A DNA stretch of 63,381 nt, filler included, from Octopus bimaculoides (GCF_001194135.2; 8 parts of 7 records of this genome joined end to end with filler, not necessarily neighbours in it), one strand, 5' to 3'. Counted from the whole stretch's first letter, positions 39,639-52,308 are shown. Notes: generated by a model from the sequence alone, not told the origin. Numbers and translations: made by a program.

Positions 39639-42600
39639 TTTTTTTATATATATATGCCTGCTGATATATGACCTACGTTGGACTCCTCATTCGCATAATC
39701 ACCGAACTTGGAGCTTAACTGTTTTCTGTCCGCAGCACTTACTCATCATTACCTGACACCTTTGGGTCTTCTTGACACCATTACCTCTCTTAACCTATAT
39801 ATATATATATAGTATAGCTATGTTTTATAGTGTGCGGTGAAGTGTGGTACAACTGTCCATGGTTTTAAATGAGCCTACGATAGAGAGTAGTAAGTGTCTT
39901 TCCACTGTGGTTGTTGGAGTTATGAAGTTTGCAACTTTTATTTTTGCCATCGATTTTACATGTTATATCAGTCATTCTGTTTACTCTCGGGTAAATATTC
40001 CTGCTGTGTGTTGTAAATAAAAAGGTTATATTTATGAAAAATATAGCTAGTGTCGGGTATGGTGCGTAGCGATGCACCATACAAAATTCCCGGAGTATGC
40101 GCGAGATTTTTATGCATGTATTAACACGCAAAGCAGAAACAGTGTGTAAGACTGAGTATGATAGATATGCAAGATAGAGGGATGAATAAATACATGCATG
40201 TATACATAAATCTAAATAAAAGTATATATTTCTAAGTTGTGTAGACATATGAAGAGTGTAATGAGAGGAAGATCGGATGTAGGTGGTATGGAGAGTGTTA
40301 AAGAAAGAGAATGATAGAAAATAATAATATTGTAGACCATGTAAACATTGTCTTTTTTTTATAAAGCGATGATAGCTTAGCTATTAGTTTAGATAGTTTG
40401 CGGCCTGAGCGTAATTTGGAGTATAATATTAGCACAATAACTCTTTGTTGGGTTGTAAGTTGTTGGTGACGAAATTTTCCTTAGGACGAGCTTAATCAAA
40501 TGAAATTATCACGAGCTTTGTTTCGTATTACATTGATTTATTGATGTTGTTCTGACGGTATTTATTTAGCATGTTCAAACGGAAGGAACTGTCTCAGATC
40601 TTGCTTAAGTATAGAGTATTGCACCGAATTGTTCTTATAGTAGAGATTCCGGTTAAATGTTTCTGATAGTAGCAAGACGAATCTCTAACAGGATCAGAGC
40701 TGAGATTTGAGGTTAAACCGAGCTAACTCTATTTTTTATCGAGCCCTAAGAATCTTAAGGCCGGTTACACAGTTTGCATAGCGTGTAAATGNNNNNNNNN
40801 NNNNNNNNNNNNNNNNNNNNNNNNNNNNNNNNNNNNNNNNNNNNNNNNNNNNNNNNNNNNNNNNNNNNNNNNNNNNNNNNNNNNNNNNNNNNNNNNNNNN
40901 NNNNNNNNNNNNNNNNNNNNNNNNNNNNNNNNNNNNNNNNNNNNNNNNNNNNNNNNNNNNNNNNNNNNNNNNNNNNNNNNNNNNNNNNNNNNNNNNNNNN
41001 NNNNNNNNNNNNNNNNNNNNNNNNNNNNNNNNNNNNNNNNNNNNNNNNNAAGGCAGAATTCATCACGGCATGATGTAGACTCAGAATATAAAGCGCCCAG
41101 ATAAAATTCCTCTAAGCATTTTGAGCGACGTGTCAGCGATTCTACCTGCTCGCCTATTACGCATGCGTAAATACTAAAAGCAATACCTCGCTTGTTCGCT
41201 TAGACAGTGAGATGTATTAGCTACATCTTCCTTGGTTTAATGTGTCATCTTAAAAAAATTTAAAACCAGATTGCACAATGAATTCTTGACTATACAAAAA
41301 CCAATGCCTTAGCTTTTCAATTCCAGATTGATTTGTAGGCTATGGTCATGAAATACAGTGTGTCGTGAGCATGCTAGAGAAGAAAGACACAATTGTTCGT
41401 CCTGTCAAAGATTTCTTCCAAAAGGAATAGCGACGAAGTAAGAGAGACGCGAGAGGGAATGGAAAGAAGAGCCGAAGAGAGAGAGAGAGAGAGAGAGAAT
41501 GAGAGAGAGAAGAGAGAGAAGCGAGAGAGGAGAGAGAGAAGGGGAGAGAAAGAGAGAGAGAGAGAAAGAGAGAATGAGAGAGAGAAGAGAGAGAAGAGAG
41601 AGAGAAGAGAGAGAAGGAGAGAGAGAATAAGTGAAGAATTGACCCACACCACCTCCAGTCTTAATCTTGTAGAGTGTTTATTGAACACGAAAGGATGTTA
41701 GATAACGTTGTCCATGCATGGTATTGAACTCAGACCACAGACAGTCGCAATATATAAATCAAGGTATCCATGCCACGGCTATAATGGCCCTACTACCTCG
41801 CAGACTGACAGGAAAAAAAAAAGAAGATTGGTCTAGACTGGAATGCCTTTATTTATAGATTTGTTCGATCAAGTATAAAATGGGGCTAAATAGCAACAAC
41901 AACAACAACAGCCTCAACAACAACAACAACAACAACAACAGCAACAACAGCGAAACCAATATTAAATACGACGGGAACACACACATAAATATACATAGCT
42001 TGTTTTTATCTATATATTCACTTTGTGAACGGAAAACAAAGTAATATAACAAAGAGACGGAAGAAAATGTTGGAAGGTGAACAGCTACGAAGATTTACAG
42101 ATACTGTCAATTGTCCATTATATACATATATATACATACATATATATATNNNNNNNNNNNNNNNNNNNNNNNNNNNNNNNNNNNNNNNNNNNNNNNNNNN
42201 NNNNNNNNNNNNNNNNNNNNNNNNNNNNNNNNNNNNNNNNNNNNNNNNNTGGGTTTATGTGCCTGCCCTGTGAAGGTATATTGGCAGCTAGGACGCCAAA
42301 AGTCAATGGGTGGATGCACCATCGGGTTTGCCTGATATGTTATGATCATTCGGGATTCAGTGGATGATGGGCGAGTGAGGTGATCCACTGAATTTTGCCT
42401 GATTGATGGATGCACTGCCAAGCTTTACCCTTTGGGATACTACCTTGGCGTGGTGAAAGAGCTTACGTCCGTGTGGGGAGGTATGTCGGATGGGTTGTAA
42501 AACAATGCTGAATATGTGCCCTTGCATAGACAAACTAAATGTGTCCCTTGCCCCATGGCGGTGCCAGCCAGTCTGGTGGGGGCCATGTAGTGTGGGTGAT

Positions 42601-43519
42601 CTTGATTGAGAGGAGTGGGCCTTTTCGGAAGTGATAGGTGGGCTGCCGATAGCCTGCCTCCTGGTAAAATCGACTGGCCGACATAGGGTACATTGTGACC
42701 CGCGTCAATGGTGAGTGAAGACCCGTTTCGGGCGGGGTTGCGCAGTACGTTATGACCCATTCGTCTCGGTGAGGTCCGGTGTGTCATGGCCTCTTAACCC
42801 CAGCAGGTGGATGACCACCGAGGTTACCACTGGTTTTTCGTATATCGTTTCGACTTTCGCCGGTGTGTGATACCTCGCCGTTTCGGAGGGATGGATGCAC
42901 TGCCGCGCATTTGCTTTCCACGAGCTGTTGGCATTGGGTGGATGCACTGCCCTTCGTTGGCCGGAAGATGCACTAGTGAGTTAAGGTGAAGGTATGTCTA
43001 CTGTCCCTAGTTGTGGGGCTGTGCCTGGAGATCGTTTCGCTTATGCATTCATGGAAATTGCCGCCTGCGGATATCGTAATATATAAATAAATAAGTTTTA
43101 AAACATACGGTAGCCAGGGGCCGTATAAACTGTTGACCCCCGGTCAGGGTGGTGCCTGGAGGTTAAAGCCGGGCGTGTTGCCCTTCCACGTCGGGCCTAA
43201 TAAGAAACGGTGGGATCATTTTGGTTCCAGCCTTTCTACCCACCCCGGTGGCGGATAATGAGCCATTTCTGCTACCGGTTAATCAGTGGCTCACCCAACT
43301 GACTTTTAGATATAGATGATACAATTGATTTCTCAGTGATCGTCGCTGTGATCNNNNNNNNNNNNNNNNNNNNNNNNNNNNNNNNNNNNNNNNNNNNNNN
43401 NNNNNNNNNNNNNNNNNNNNNNNNNNNNNNNNNNNNNNNNNNNNNNNNNNNNNNNNNNNNNNNNNNNNNNNNNNNNNNNNNNNNNNNNNNNNNNNNNNNN
43501 NNNNNNNNNNNNNNNNNNN

Positions 43520-44208
43520 GAACATACGGCGGTGTGTAGAATGAGGGATGAGATGTCTACGGCGCGAGGTTACAGGAGGATCGAATGGGAGGAGTGAACA
43601 TACCAGACATCTCGACGGTAAGAAAGACTAGTAGTTCGATGAACGAAGTAATACGATGAAGGAATATGCCATATCGCACCAATGGTATATCGACAAGAAA
43701 TTCGATGAACGAAGTAACGAGTACATTGAATGAAATGAATGAACATACCATGTCACTCCGACGGTGTATCGAAAAGAAAGATGAGACATCCAATAAACGA
43801 AGCAAGAAGCAAATTGAGTGACAAGATTGAAGATACAGAGACGATTCAATGAGAAGTATGAAAATCGAGAAGACTGAATGAGAAGGATGCAAATACTAAT
43901 CGCCCCGATGGTACTTCGATAGAAAGATGTGATGCCGAAGCAGCAGCGAGGATAGTTAAGGAGATCAAGAAGATACTAATATTGAGACCCAAATTGAAAA
44001 TTAAAATAAGATACCTGGATAAGACGAAGTAACGACCCGTCGGCGAAGAATGATGAATATTTTAATATTTTTTTAATTTGTTTTAATAGATGGTGTCCTC
44101 CCGAATGTGATATGGGCCTGCTCGACACTTAAAGCATTGGCACCTGGTAAGACCACCCACGTCAAAAACAGGGAAGTGATGACAATATATATGTCAACAA
44201 GAAATAGA
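43520..44208 (+). mobile_element. Putative decayed 3' end of an R2-type non-LTR retrotransposon
   Basis: Abuts 28S precisely at the R2 target site. Weak by-eye motifs in order (GGVNIP, RTNGISTR, RRC...ET, RYRDD) with many stops, then an AT-rich 3'UTR-like stretch. Confidence 0.45.
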
Positions 44209-44492
44209 TAGTCAAATGCCTCATCTAATTAGTGACGCGCATGAACGGATCAACGAGATTCCTACTGTCCCTGTCTACTGTCTAGCAAAACCATAGCCAA
44301 GGGAACGGGCTTGGACGGATCGGCGGGGAAAGAAGATCCTGTTGAGCTTGACTCTAGTCCGGTTTTGTGAGAGCACACGATAGCCGTAGCATAGGCGGTA
44401 GCATTCGCGTTGCCCCGCGCGCTGGCTGCCGTCACCGGCGGCGCGACGCTCTTTATCGGTGGTTGTCACGTCGGCGTTTCCTCGCCGCTCTT
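44209..44492 (+). rRNA. 28S rRNA fragment (domain IV region), probably pseudogenic
   Basis: TAGTCAAATGCC-TCATCTAATTAGTGACGCGCATGAA...GGGGAAAGAAGATCCTGTTGAGCTTGACTCTAG matches the conserved eukaryotic LSU core. It carries a 3-nt deletion (TCG) and C>T changes, and ends at a scaffold linker. Confidence 0.92.
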
Positions 44493-44592
44493 NNNNNNNN
44501 NNNNNNNNNNNNNNNNNNNNNNNNNNNNNNNNNNNNTTAATTAATTAANNNNNNNNNNNNNNNNNNNNNNNNNNNNNNNNNNNNNNNNNNNN

Positions 44593-44624
<32 letters not shown>

Positions 44625-44626
44625 AG

Positions 44627-44661
<35 letters not shown>

Positions 44662-44676
44662 GCATACATATATACT

Positions 44677-44711
<35 letters not shown>

Positions 44712-45902
44712 CGACGGAAGCCCATGAACAGGTAGGTACGAATAGATTTTGCAAATATATATGTAGCTGTAACTGCACACACGCACACGTACACATTTAA
44801 ACACGCCCACATATTCATATATAAATAGGTAGATAAATGCGTGTATGTTGTGTGTGTGTGTGCGCGTGTGTGTGTGTGTGTACGCACATAGAAAGACATA
44901 TAGATAGATAGGTAATTAGATAAACAGATAGATATATAATGCAAAATTATTTTGAAGACTTTCGTGTTTCTGTAGGTGTATGTATATGATCATAAGTTCG
45001 TGTGTGTAGATATGTATATACATGATTATATATACATACATATGTATATACGCACACTCACGTGTACACACACACACACACACGCACACACATACACACA
45101 CACAAATATATATGTATGCGAATGATTATATTATATATATATATTTATATATGTATGTGTGTATGTATGTATGTATGTATGTATGAATGTATACTAGTAT
45201 GTGTCTGTGTGTGTGTTGAATGGCGTTATGATAGGAAATGTATCTCAATAATTTGATTGCTTGCGAAATTTATGATATTTGATGCTGGAATTCAGTGATG
45301 TTAACTGTTCTTGTAAGAATTCTTCCATTTTACACTGAAGATGTCTTCGTTTAAATTTCTTATCAAATTACACGTCAGTACGCCGCCATTACGACGCAGC
45401 CGATCGTCATCGCTATTGTATTCATATCATATTTTGTGGTATTAATATATCCTCATCCTGATATATCTTATCATACACGTCGGCAAGAATTTTCTCAAAC
45501 TTGGACGTCATCTATGCCCTTTGGAATACAGCATGAATATCACAACTTCACTGTTCTCTTCTGAATGATAATTTTGTCTTCCATATTTATGCATGAAATG
45601 AGAACTATTTCTTATTGTTACTGCTGTTGTTGTTGTTGGTATTCGTGGTGGTTGTGATGATGGTGGTAGTGGTTTTAGTGGTGGTCATAGTAGAAGTGGT
45701 GGTGGTTGTAGTGGTGGTAATGGTGGTGGTTGTGGTGGTGGTGGTGGTGGTGGTGGTGTTAACGCTGAACTCCTAGTTAACTCCGACAAGGTAGTCATAT
45801 GTGAAGAGGCTTTCCTGCATTGCTTGTGTACATCATTCCCCAACATATCCATTTTTATTTTCTCTCTCCCTATCATCTCTCCATTCCTACCCCTTATCCT
45901 TC

Positions 45903-45949
<47 letters not shown>

Positions 45950-47520
45950 ACTTCGACGGGCAATTTGAAGCAGGTCTGTCTTATAGACGTCTAAAATCTT
46001 AGCAACATCATAGGCTCTTGGACAAATCAATGCAATGTGCCATATAACATTTTTTTATTGACAGCAATCCACTGCATACAAAAATAAGAACAGGATCCAT
46101 AGACCCGTGAGACCTCATAGCAATTTCTCAGTGTTCCCATGCCTTAAGACAGCACCAATTTGAGATAAACTTGGCTGTTATATATATATCATAAGTGTTG
46201 CACTAAATAAATTGTGAAAATGTCACCCTTGCACATTGGCACAAATGGGCAAATAGTCGGGGAAACACTAAAAATGACGAACACAAACACACACACATGT
46301 TCACAGTAGTCTTTTTTAGAGTGGTACTGAATGAAGAATGGAAAGAGTAAAAATTATAACGTTTCGGACGTTAGATACTCCTTCAGATGCTAGTGGAAAG
46401 GCCAGAAGAGACTGGGAAAAGGAAATTAAAACAAGAAGAACGCCAGGAAAAAGCATAGATGCACACACACGCACATTGCTTTTCAGCTTACTGGGATAGG
46501 TAAAATAAAGTACCAGTAAGCTTCTTAGGTCAATTTAATTGATTAAAAGCCCTCCATTACGCGTTAAAAATGATTGTTAGGAGTCCCAGGATTTTCAGAA
46601 AAAGCAGACCGTGTTTAAGTTCTGTTACTGTACATCTAAAGTCTATTGTTGCTGGTTTCATCATTCATTTTCTCATGATAAATGAACTAAGTATTGCAGT
46701 TAGTCACCATGATTAATGATCTTGCACCATCTTGAAAGATCGAATGAAAATGAGGGAAAAGACGCATACTTTACTTCGGTAGTATATGTCCACCTGACTA
46801 CCATGTCTTAGCTCAGACAATCTGACTAGATTGAAACGTCTTACATTTCTTATTATATAAATAGGTTCCTTGGATCAGATCGTCTGTCTGCTACCCATTC
46901 TCAAATAACTCCACGAATATACCATGTCTGATGACGCATAAGCACGGATAGAGTTTGCGATATGAAAAGAAAATTCCTGCTCGATAATTATACGCGGTCA
47001 TCTTCGGTAAAACTGGTGTATCTGCTCTTCATTTCTCTCTCAGTGTTGCAGTTCTATATTAAATTGAGACCGAAGACTGGTGTTTAGCATCACAGGCCCC
47101 TGTCATTTAGAATACCACTCAGTCAAATCTTTATTTTTGGCAGAACTAGTGAATGACGTGTCAAGATTTTCTTGAGTGAATGACATGTCAAGATTTTCTT
47201 GAGATATTTAGAATGTCTGTGGAAATGTACTGAGTAGTCCTTTCTAGAGGAATTTCAAGCGTGGATTAACTTTTATTTTATTCTATCTTTAGTCTTTTAT
47301 TTGTTTCAGCCTATAAGTTTGTGGCTGTAGTGGAACACCCCTAATGAATAACTTTCAAAAATCGCCGGTTTGATTTTTTATTGCCTTAGTTCGATACATA
47401 TTTTGTGAGTAAAATTGAGTAGAGGGAAACTGTACAGTTGGGTGGATTGTACCTGTAATTGAAAAGTACAGCCTTAGCAGAGACAGAGAATGTTTTGATG
47501 AATAAGATTAAGCTCTACAG

Positions 47521-47705
47521 AAGGGGTCCCCAAACAATTTAGACCATCAACCCCTTCATGGAATCTGTGACCCCTCATCGACCCCCAGGTATGTACAAGA
47601 AAATTAATGATAATAATAATAATTAAGTAGATGTGCATTTATCGACCCCTTGAATAGTCCCATCGACTTCCAAGGGCCGATACCGACCACTTTGGAGATC
47701 CCCTG
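47521..47705. mobile_element. hAT (Charlie-like) MITE, 185 bp
   Basis: TIRs AAGGGGTCCCCAAA / TTTGGAGATCCCCTG; 8-bp TSD CTCTACAG / CTTTACAG (7 of 8 match). Confidence 0.8.
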
Positions 47706-49649
47706 CTTTACAGGATCCACAGGTCAACCAGACTTGTCTAAGGTAAAGAGAGGACTACAAAGCCGTCTTCCACAGATCACTGACATGTGAGGTTATGTCG
47801 AAGAGCTGTTATTACGAGCAATACATATCGCCCCGTCTTTTGTCAAAATCTGTTGTTACAATCATCATTTGTTCTTTTAATTATAAAAAGTTAATAGATT
47901 GTATTCTATCTGGTAAGAATTGCGAAAGAGCTTAGGAGAGCGTCTTTCTTCGCTGATCAAAATCTTAACATTTCCACGTAACGTGGAGGAGAGCGGGAGG
48001 TGAGAGAGGTGAAAGAAGAAATGCCTTATTGGATACAGGAAGTGAAACATGGATGAAAGTGAATGATATGGTTTGGATAGGAATAGTTGGACACATCCTT
48101 TATGGTTCTATATGCTTTGGGTATAGCCTTTGTTTGTCCTCAACAAAATGTGTCTTAAAGGAGTTCTCATTTAAATTGTTATAATTTAATTGCGTTCTCT
48201 AACATAACACTGATTCATTTTAGTTGCTTTATTGTTGTTATAACAAGACAGACATTTACGAGAATGCAATTTGTTAATTGTTTATCTCTTTCTGCTTTCA
48301 CGACAGGAATTCGTGTCAACATAATTACTGTGGTAACTCCTGAACATGTTTTCGATCATGGCAATTGTCAACTTCCTGTTTCGAAGAAGGCGAAAACTAA
48401 TAAAAATCTTTTGTGTTTTGGGAACAATTGGCCAAACAGTAGCTATAATGTAAATATTAATACCGAAACTGACAACACCACTATGAACAATATTTTCTAG
48501 CATTATCTTAAGGCCACGAATGTTGGCAGAGGATCTAGTCGGTTATTGTGTCATCGGTACTTGGTTCTTTACTTTTACTTGTATAGATTATTGAACTGCT
48601 GTCATGCTGGAGTACCGTCTGGAAGGGTTTAGTCGAACAAATTAATTGAATGGTTTAAGAAGTTCGCTTCCGAACTACGAGATCCGGAATCCAACCCCAC
48701 GTTGTGACATCTTGTACAGATGTGATTTTTTTATTGCTTAGGTTCGATAATATTTTGTGAGTAAAATTGAATAGAGGGAAACTGTACAGAATCCCGTTGG
48801 GTGGATTGTGCCTGTAATTGAAAGGTACAGCCTTATCATGCAAATTATCATGCTTATTCAACCTGAGAATTAAATAAAGGATATGCGTTTCTGTGGCCAG
48901 CCCAACCACTAAAACGCTAATTCAATGGGAAGGTGGGAAGGTAATCATGTGCACAGTTCTTCAAACTTTTGGTATGACTCTATTTTTCTTCCTATATAGA
49001 ATTAACTATGGTAAGTTTCCTCTGCTTACATTTTCCCCAAGTAGTACTCTCGTAGGTATTTATTTGTTCCTACACGGTTAAGGAACTGTGCTAGAATATT
49101 TCTTAATGAAATTAACTCCTTTTGTCATCGTGTCTATTTCCTACCCATCTAGCGGCCTTGGACTTATCCAGGGTCCAGCCATTTTAACGGGACTTTTAAT
49201 CCGATGACAAGCAATGACAGGTACTTTAATAAAATTACCTTTAATCCAATGACAATTGCGGGATTAGGGTTTTCAAGTGTCACGACTTGCCGTTGTTAAT
49301 AATGTTCCTTTTACCATTTCATCCTTGTCGAAATTGACACGAATAATCTCAGCTTTTACACTGCTGGTCAATATCTTCACGAAGACGACGTCTATCTATG
49401 CTAATATCGAACAAGACATGATGACGACAAAAGCTGTTAATTTCACTTAGAAATACTGGAGCCTGAATTTTCAGTGAAAGGTTAGCTGTTTGGAGCAAAT
49501 AAATACCTATTTTGCTTCAGTAAAATGTAAGCAAAATGGATTCACCATAGATTTTTAGTTTTACATGAGCAGCAAAATAGGATCAATATGAACGAAACAG
49601 GACATCGAACTTTCGCAGTCAGGGCTGAAAAGTTCATAAGTACAGAACC

Positions 49650-49915
49650 TACAACATTTCGGCTGATATACACTCCAGCCTTCAGCAGGAGTCTTGGGGA
49701 AATTTCGAACCTGAGTTCTCATTCCTAAGGTATTTTTCGATGTTATTATTATTGTTGTTGTTGTTATTATTATTATTATTCAGGTCACTGCCTGGAATTG
49801 AACTCGCTTTTAACAATTACGCCATATGCCCGTGGGCTACTAGCCCCAAGATTCCGAGTTCCATTCCAGGCAGTGACCTGAATGATAATGATAATAATAA
49901 AAACAACAACAACAC

Positions 49916-49981
<66 letters not shown>

Positions 49982-50175
49982 TAATAATAATTATAGCATC
50001 GAAAAATACCTTAGGAATGAGAACCCAGGTTCGAAATTTCCCCAAGACACTTGATGAAGGAGGGTATATCAACCGAAACGTTGTGTTAACAACAAACAAG
50101 ATGAGGACAAATATCCATCAAATGTAAATAATGTAAATAATGTACATAATTCCTCATCTCTTAAATATAGAACTG
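49650..50175. mobile_element. Head-to-head dimer of a tRNA-headed, (AAT)n-containing, hammerhead-bearing SINE-like element
   Basis: The left copy (minus, 49650-49837) and right copy (plus, 49834-50175) are reverse complements. Module order in both: tRNA-like head (A-box TGGCGTAATTG, B-box GAGTTC[A/C]ATTCC), (AAT)n, TCGAAAAATACCTTAGGAATGAGAAC, hammerhead. Confidence 0.8.
50046..50087 (+). ncRNA. Degenerate minimal hammerhead of the tRNA-headed element (antisense partner at ~49650-49695)
   Basis: Plus: GACAC-TTGATGA-A-GG-AGGGTATATCAA-CC-GAAAC-GT-T-GTGTT. Minus copy: GACTC-CTGCTGA-A-GGCTG-GAGTGTATAT-CAGCC-GAAAT-GT-T. The mutations differ, giving the consensus GACAC-CTGATGA-A-GGCTG-loop-CAGCC-GAAAC-GT-T-GTGTT. 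Confidence 0.75.
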
Positions 50176-50853
50176 ACCTTTCACTTGTAAAATATGCATA
50201 ATCTATTGGAACGTATTCAGTGATCCGTAGGTTAGTGTGTGCCTGTTTTTATGCAGTATTAGCTTAAAATCTGCACAGCGTGCAAACTTTTACAATAGCT
50301 CCTTCGGAGAACTAATTGGATCTGCGGCCCAAAACTAAACTGAGCTAAATAGCATGACTATAATAATGACTATATGCCCCAGTGCTGTTTGATCAGCGGT
50401 TGAGGACGAACGAGAATTAATTCTGTGATGCAATCATTTTGTTCCAGTCTCTAGTTGAATTCCAGCTGTTGGCCCATTTGTCCCAAAGTTCTTATCTCGA
50501 CGTAAAATTAACTAAACGAATGTCATTTATCTCCCCCTTGATCTCTGAAGTCACCTGGCAAACAGTAACCAAGATGGCGTGAATCGTCCAAGCTTTACCT
50601 GATAGAAATAAGAACCGAAATGCTTTTTAAATCAGATCCTAATGCTGGATGTTCAGGAACCAATGAAGGGCAGATTTTCACTCCCGGGATCATTCTGATT
50701 CCAAAAAGGTATAACATATCTATGTAGAGCAAACGTAGACTGAGAAATAGCGGTCCCAGACAGACAGAATTTCGTTTTTATTATAATAGATGTGTGTTTA
50801 CAAATCGCAGCTTCATTACTACACACACATATAAGTAGATGCATATACAAGCA

Positions 50854-50901
<48 letters not shown>

Positions 50902-52268
50902 NNNNNNNNNNNNNNNNNNNNNNNNNNNNNNNNNNNNNNNNNNNNNNNNNNNNNNNNNNNNNNNNNNNNNNNNNNNNNNNNNNNNNNNNNNNNNNNNNNN
51001 NNNNNNNNNNNNNNNNNNNNNNNNNNNNNNNNNNNNNNNNNNNNNNNNNNNNNNNNNNNNNNNNNNNNNNNNNNNNNNNNNNNNNNNNNNNNNNNNNNNN
51101 NNNNNNNNNNNNNNNNNNNNNNNNNNNNNNNNNNNNNNNNNNNNNNNNNNNNNNNNNNNNNNNNNNNNNNNNNNNNNNNNNNNNNNNNNNNNNNNNNNNN
51201 NNNNNNNNNNNNNNNNNNNNNNNNNNNNNNNNNNNNNNNNNNNNNNNNNNNNNNNNNNNNNNNNNNNNNNNNNNNNNNNNNNNNNNNNNNNNNNNNNNNN
51301 NNNNNNNNNNNNNNNNNNNNNNNNNNNNNNNNNNNNNNNNNNNNNNNNNNNNNNNNNNNNNNNNNNNNNNNNNNNNNNNNNNNNNNNNNNNNNNNNNNNN
51401 NNNNNNNNNNNNNNNNNNNNNNNNNNNNNNNNNNNNNNNNNNNNNNNNNNNNNNNNNNNNNNNNNNNNNNNNNNNNNNNNNNNNNNNNNNNNNNNNNNNN
51501 NNNNNNNNNNNNNNNNNNNNNNNNNNNNNNNNNNNNNNNNNNNNNNNNNNNNNNNNNNNNNNNNNNNNNNNNNNNNNNNNNNNNNNNNNNNNNNNNNNNN
51601 NNNNNNNNNNNNNNNNNNNNNNNNNNNNNNNNNNNNNNNNNNNNNNNNNNNNNNNNNNNNNNNNNNNNNNNNNNNNNNNNGAGCGGTTTGTACTGATGAA
51701 ATTAAAAGAGCTGCTTAACCGCCCGTCTTATACCCTTCCCGCCTTGGACTTTTATGTAGTTTAACAACAGCTGGCACACTAGACAGTGACACCTACACGT
51801 GAATAGTTACACACAGACACACATACAAAAAAAAAAAAAATAATAATAAATAAAATAAAATAAATAAATACATAATCGCGTCATGAAGATACTCGTGTGG
51901 TCGTACGAAGTGCTGGAAATAATAGTAACATTTCCTTGAAATCCCACGCTTCCTTTCATAAGGAAAGGAATTACAAGAGTACGCTATGCATTCGACAACC
52001 CTAATGTTAGATAATGCAAACAGCAGCAAAAAACAGCGACATAAGAGCAAAATTAACAACAGCAGCAGTGACAGCAGTAGCAGTAGCAGCAGTAGCAACA
52101 ACAACAACTACAACAACAAAAGCTGTAGAAGCAGTAACAATGAAAACACGTATAGGAATAGATGAATTAATACACACCCATGTCGTGAAACGCATGACGT
52201 TATTATATTAACGTATATAACCATATAACCATATAACAGATGTGTGTGTGTCTATTCATTTATACATG

Positions 52269-52308
<40 letters not shown>

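Noticed and set aside
41374-41701. Glu/Arg-rich 102-aa ORF and its Leu/Ser antisense ORF
   Set aside because: GA low-complexity tract with an internal duplication.
42440-42787. 115-aa minus-strand ORF and a C-x2-C...HH stretch near 42251-42325 as an R2 zinc finger
   Set aside because: No recognisable family; zinc-finger spacing is non-canonical, and open frames are expected at higher GC.
49617-49640. Lone mariner-like TIR (GGGCTGAAAAGTTCATA)
   Set aside because: Too short and no partner TIR found.
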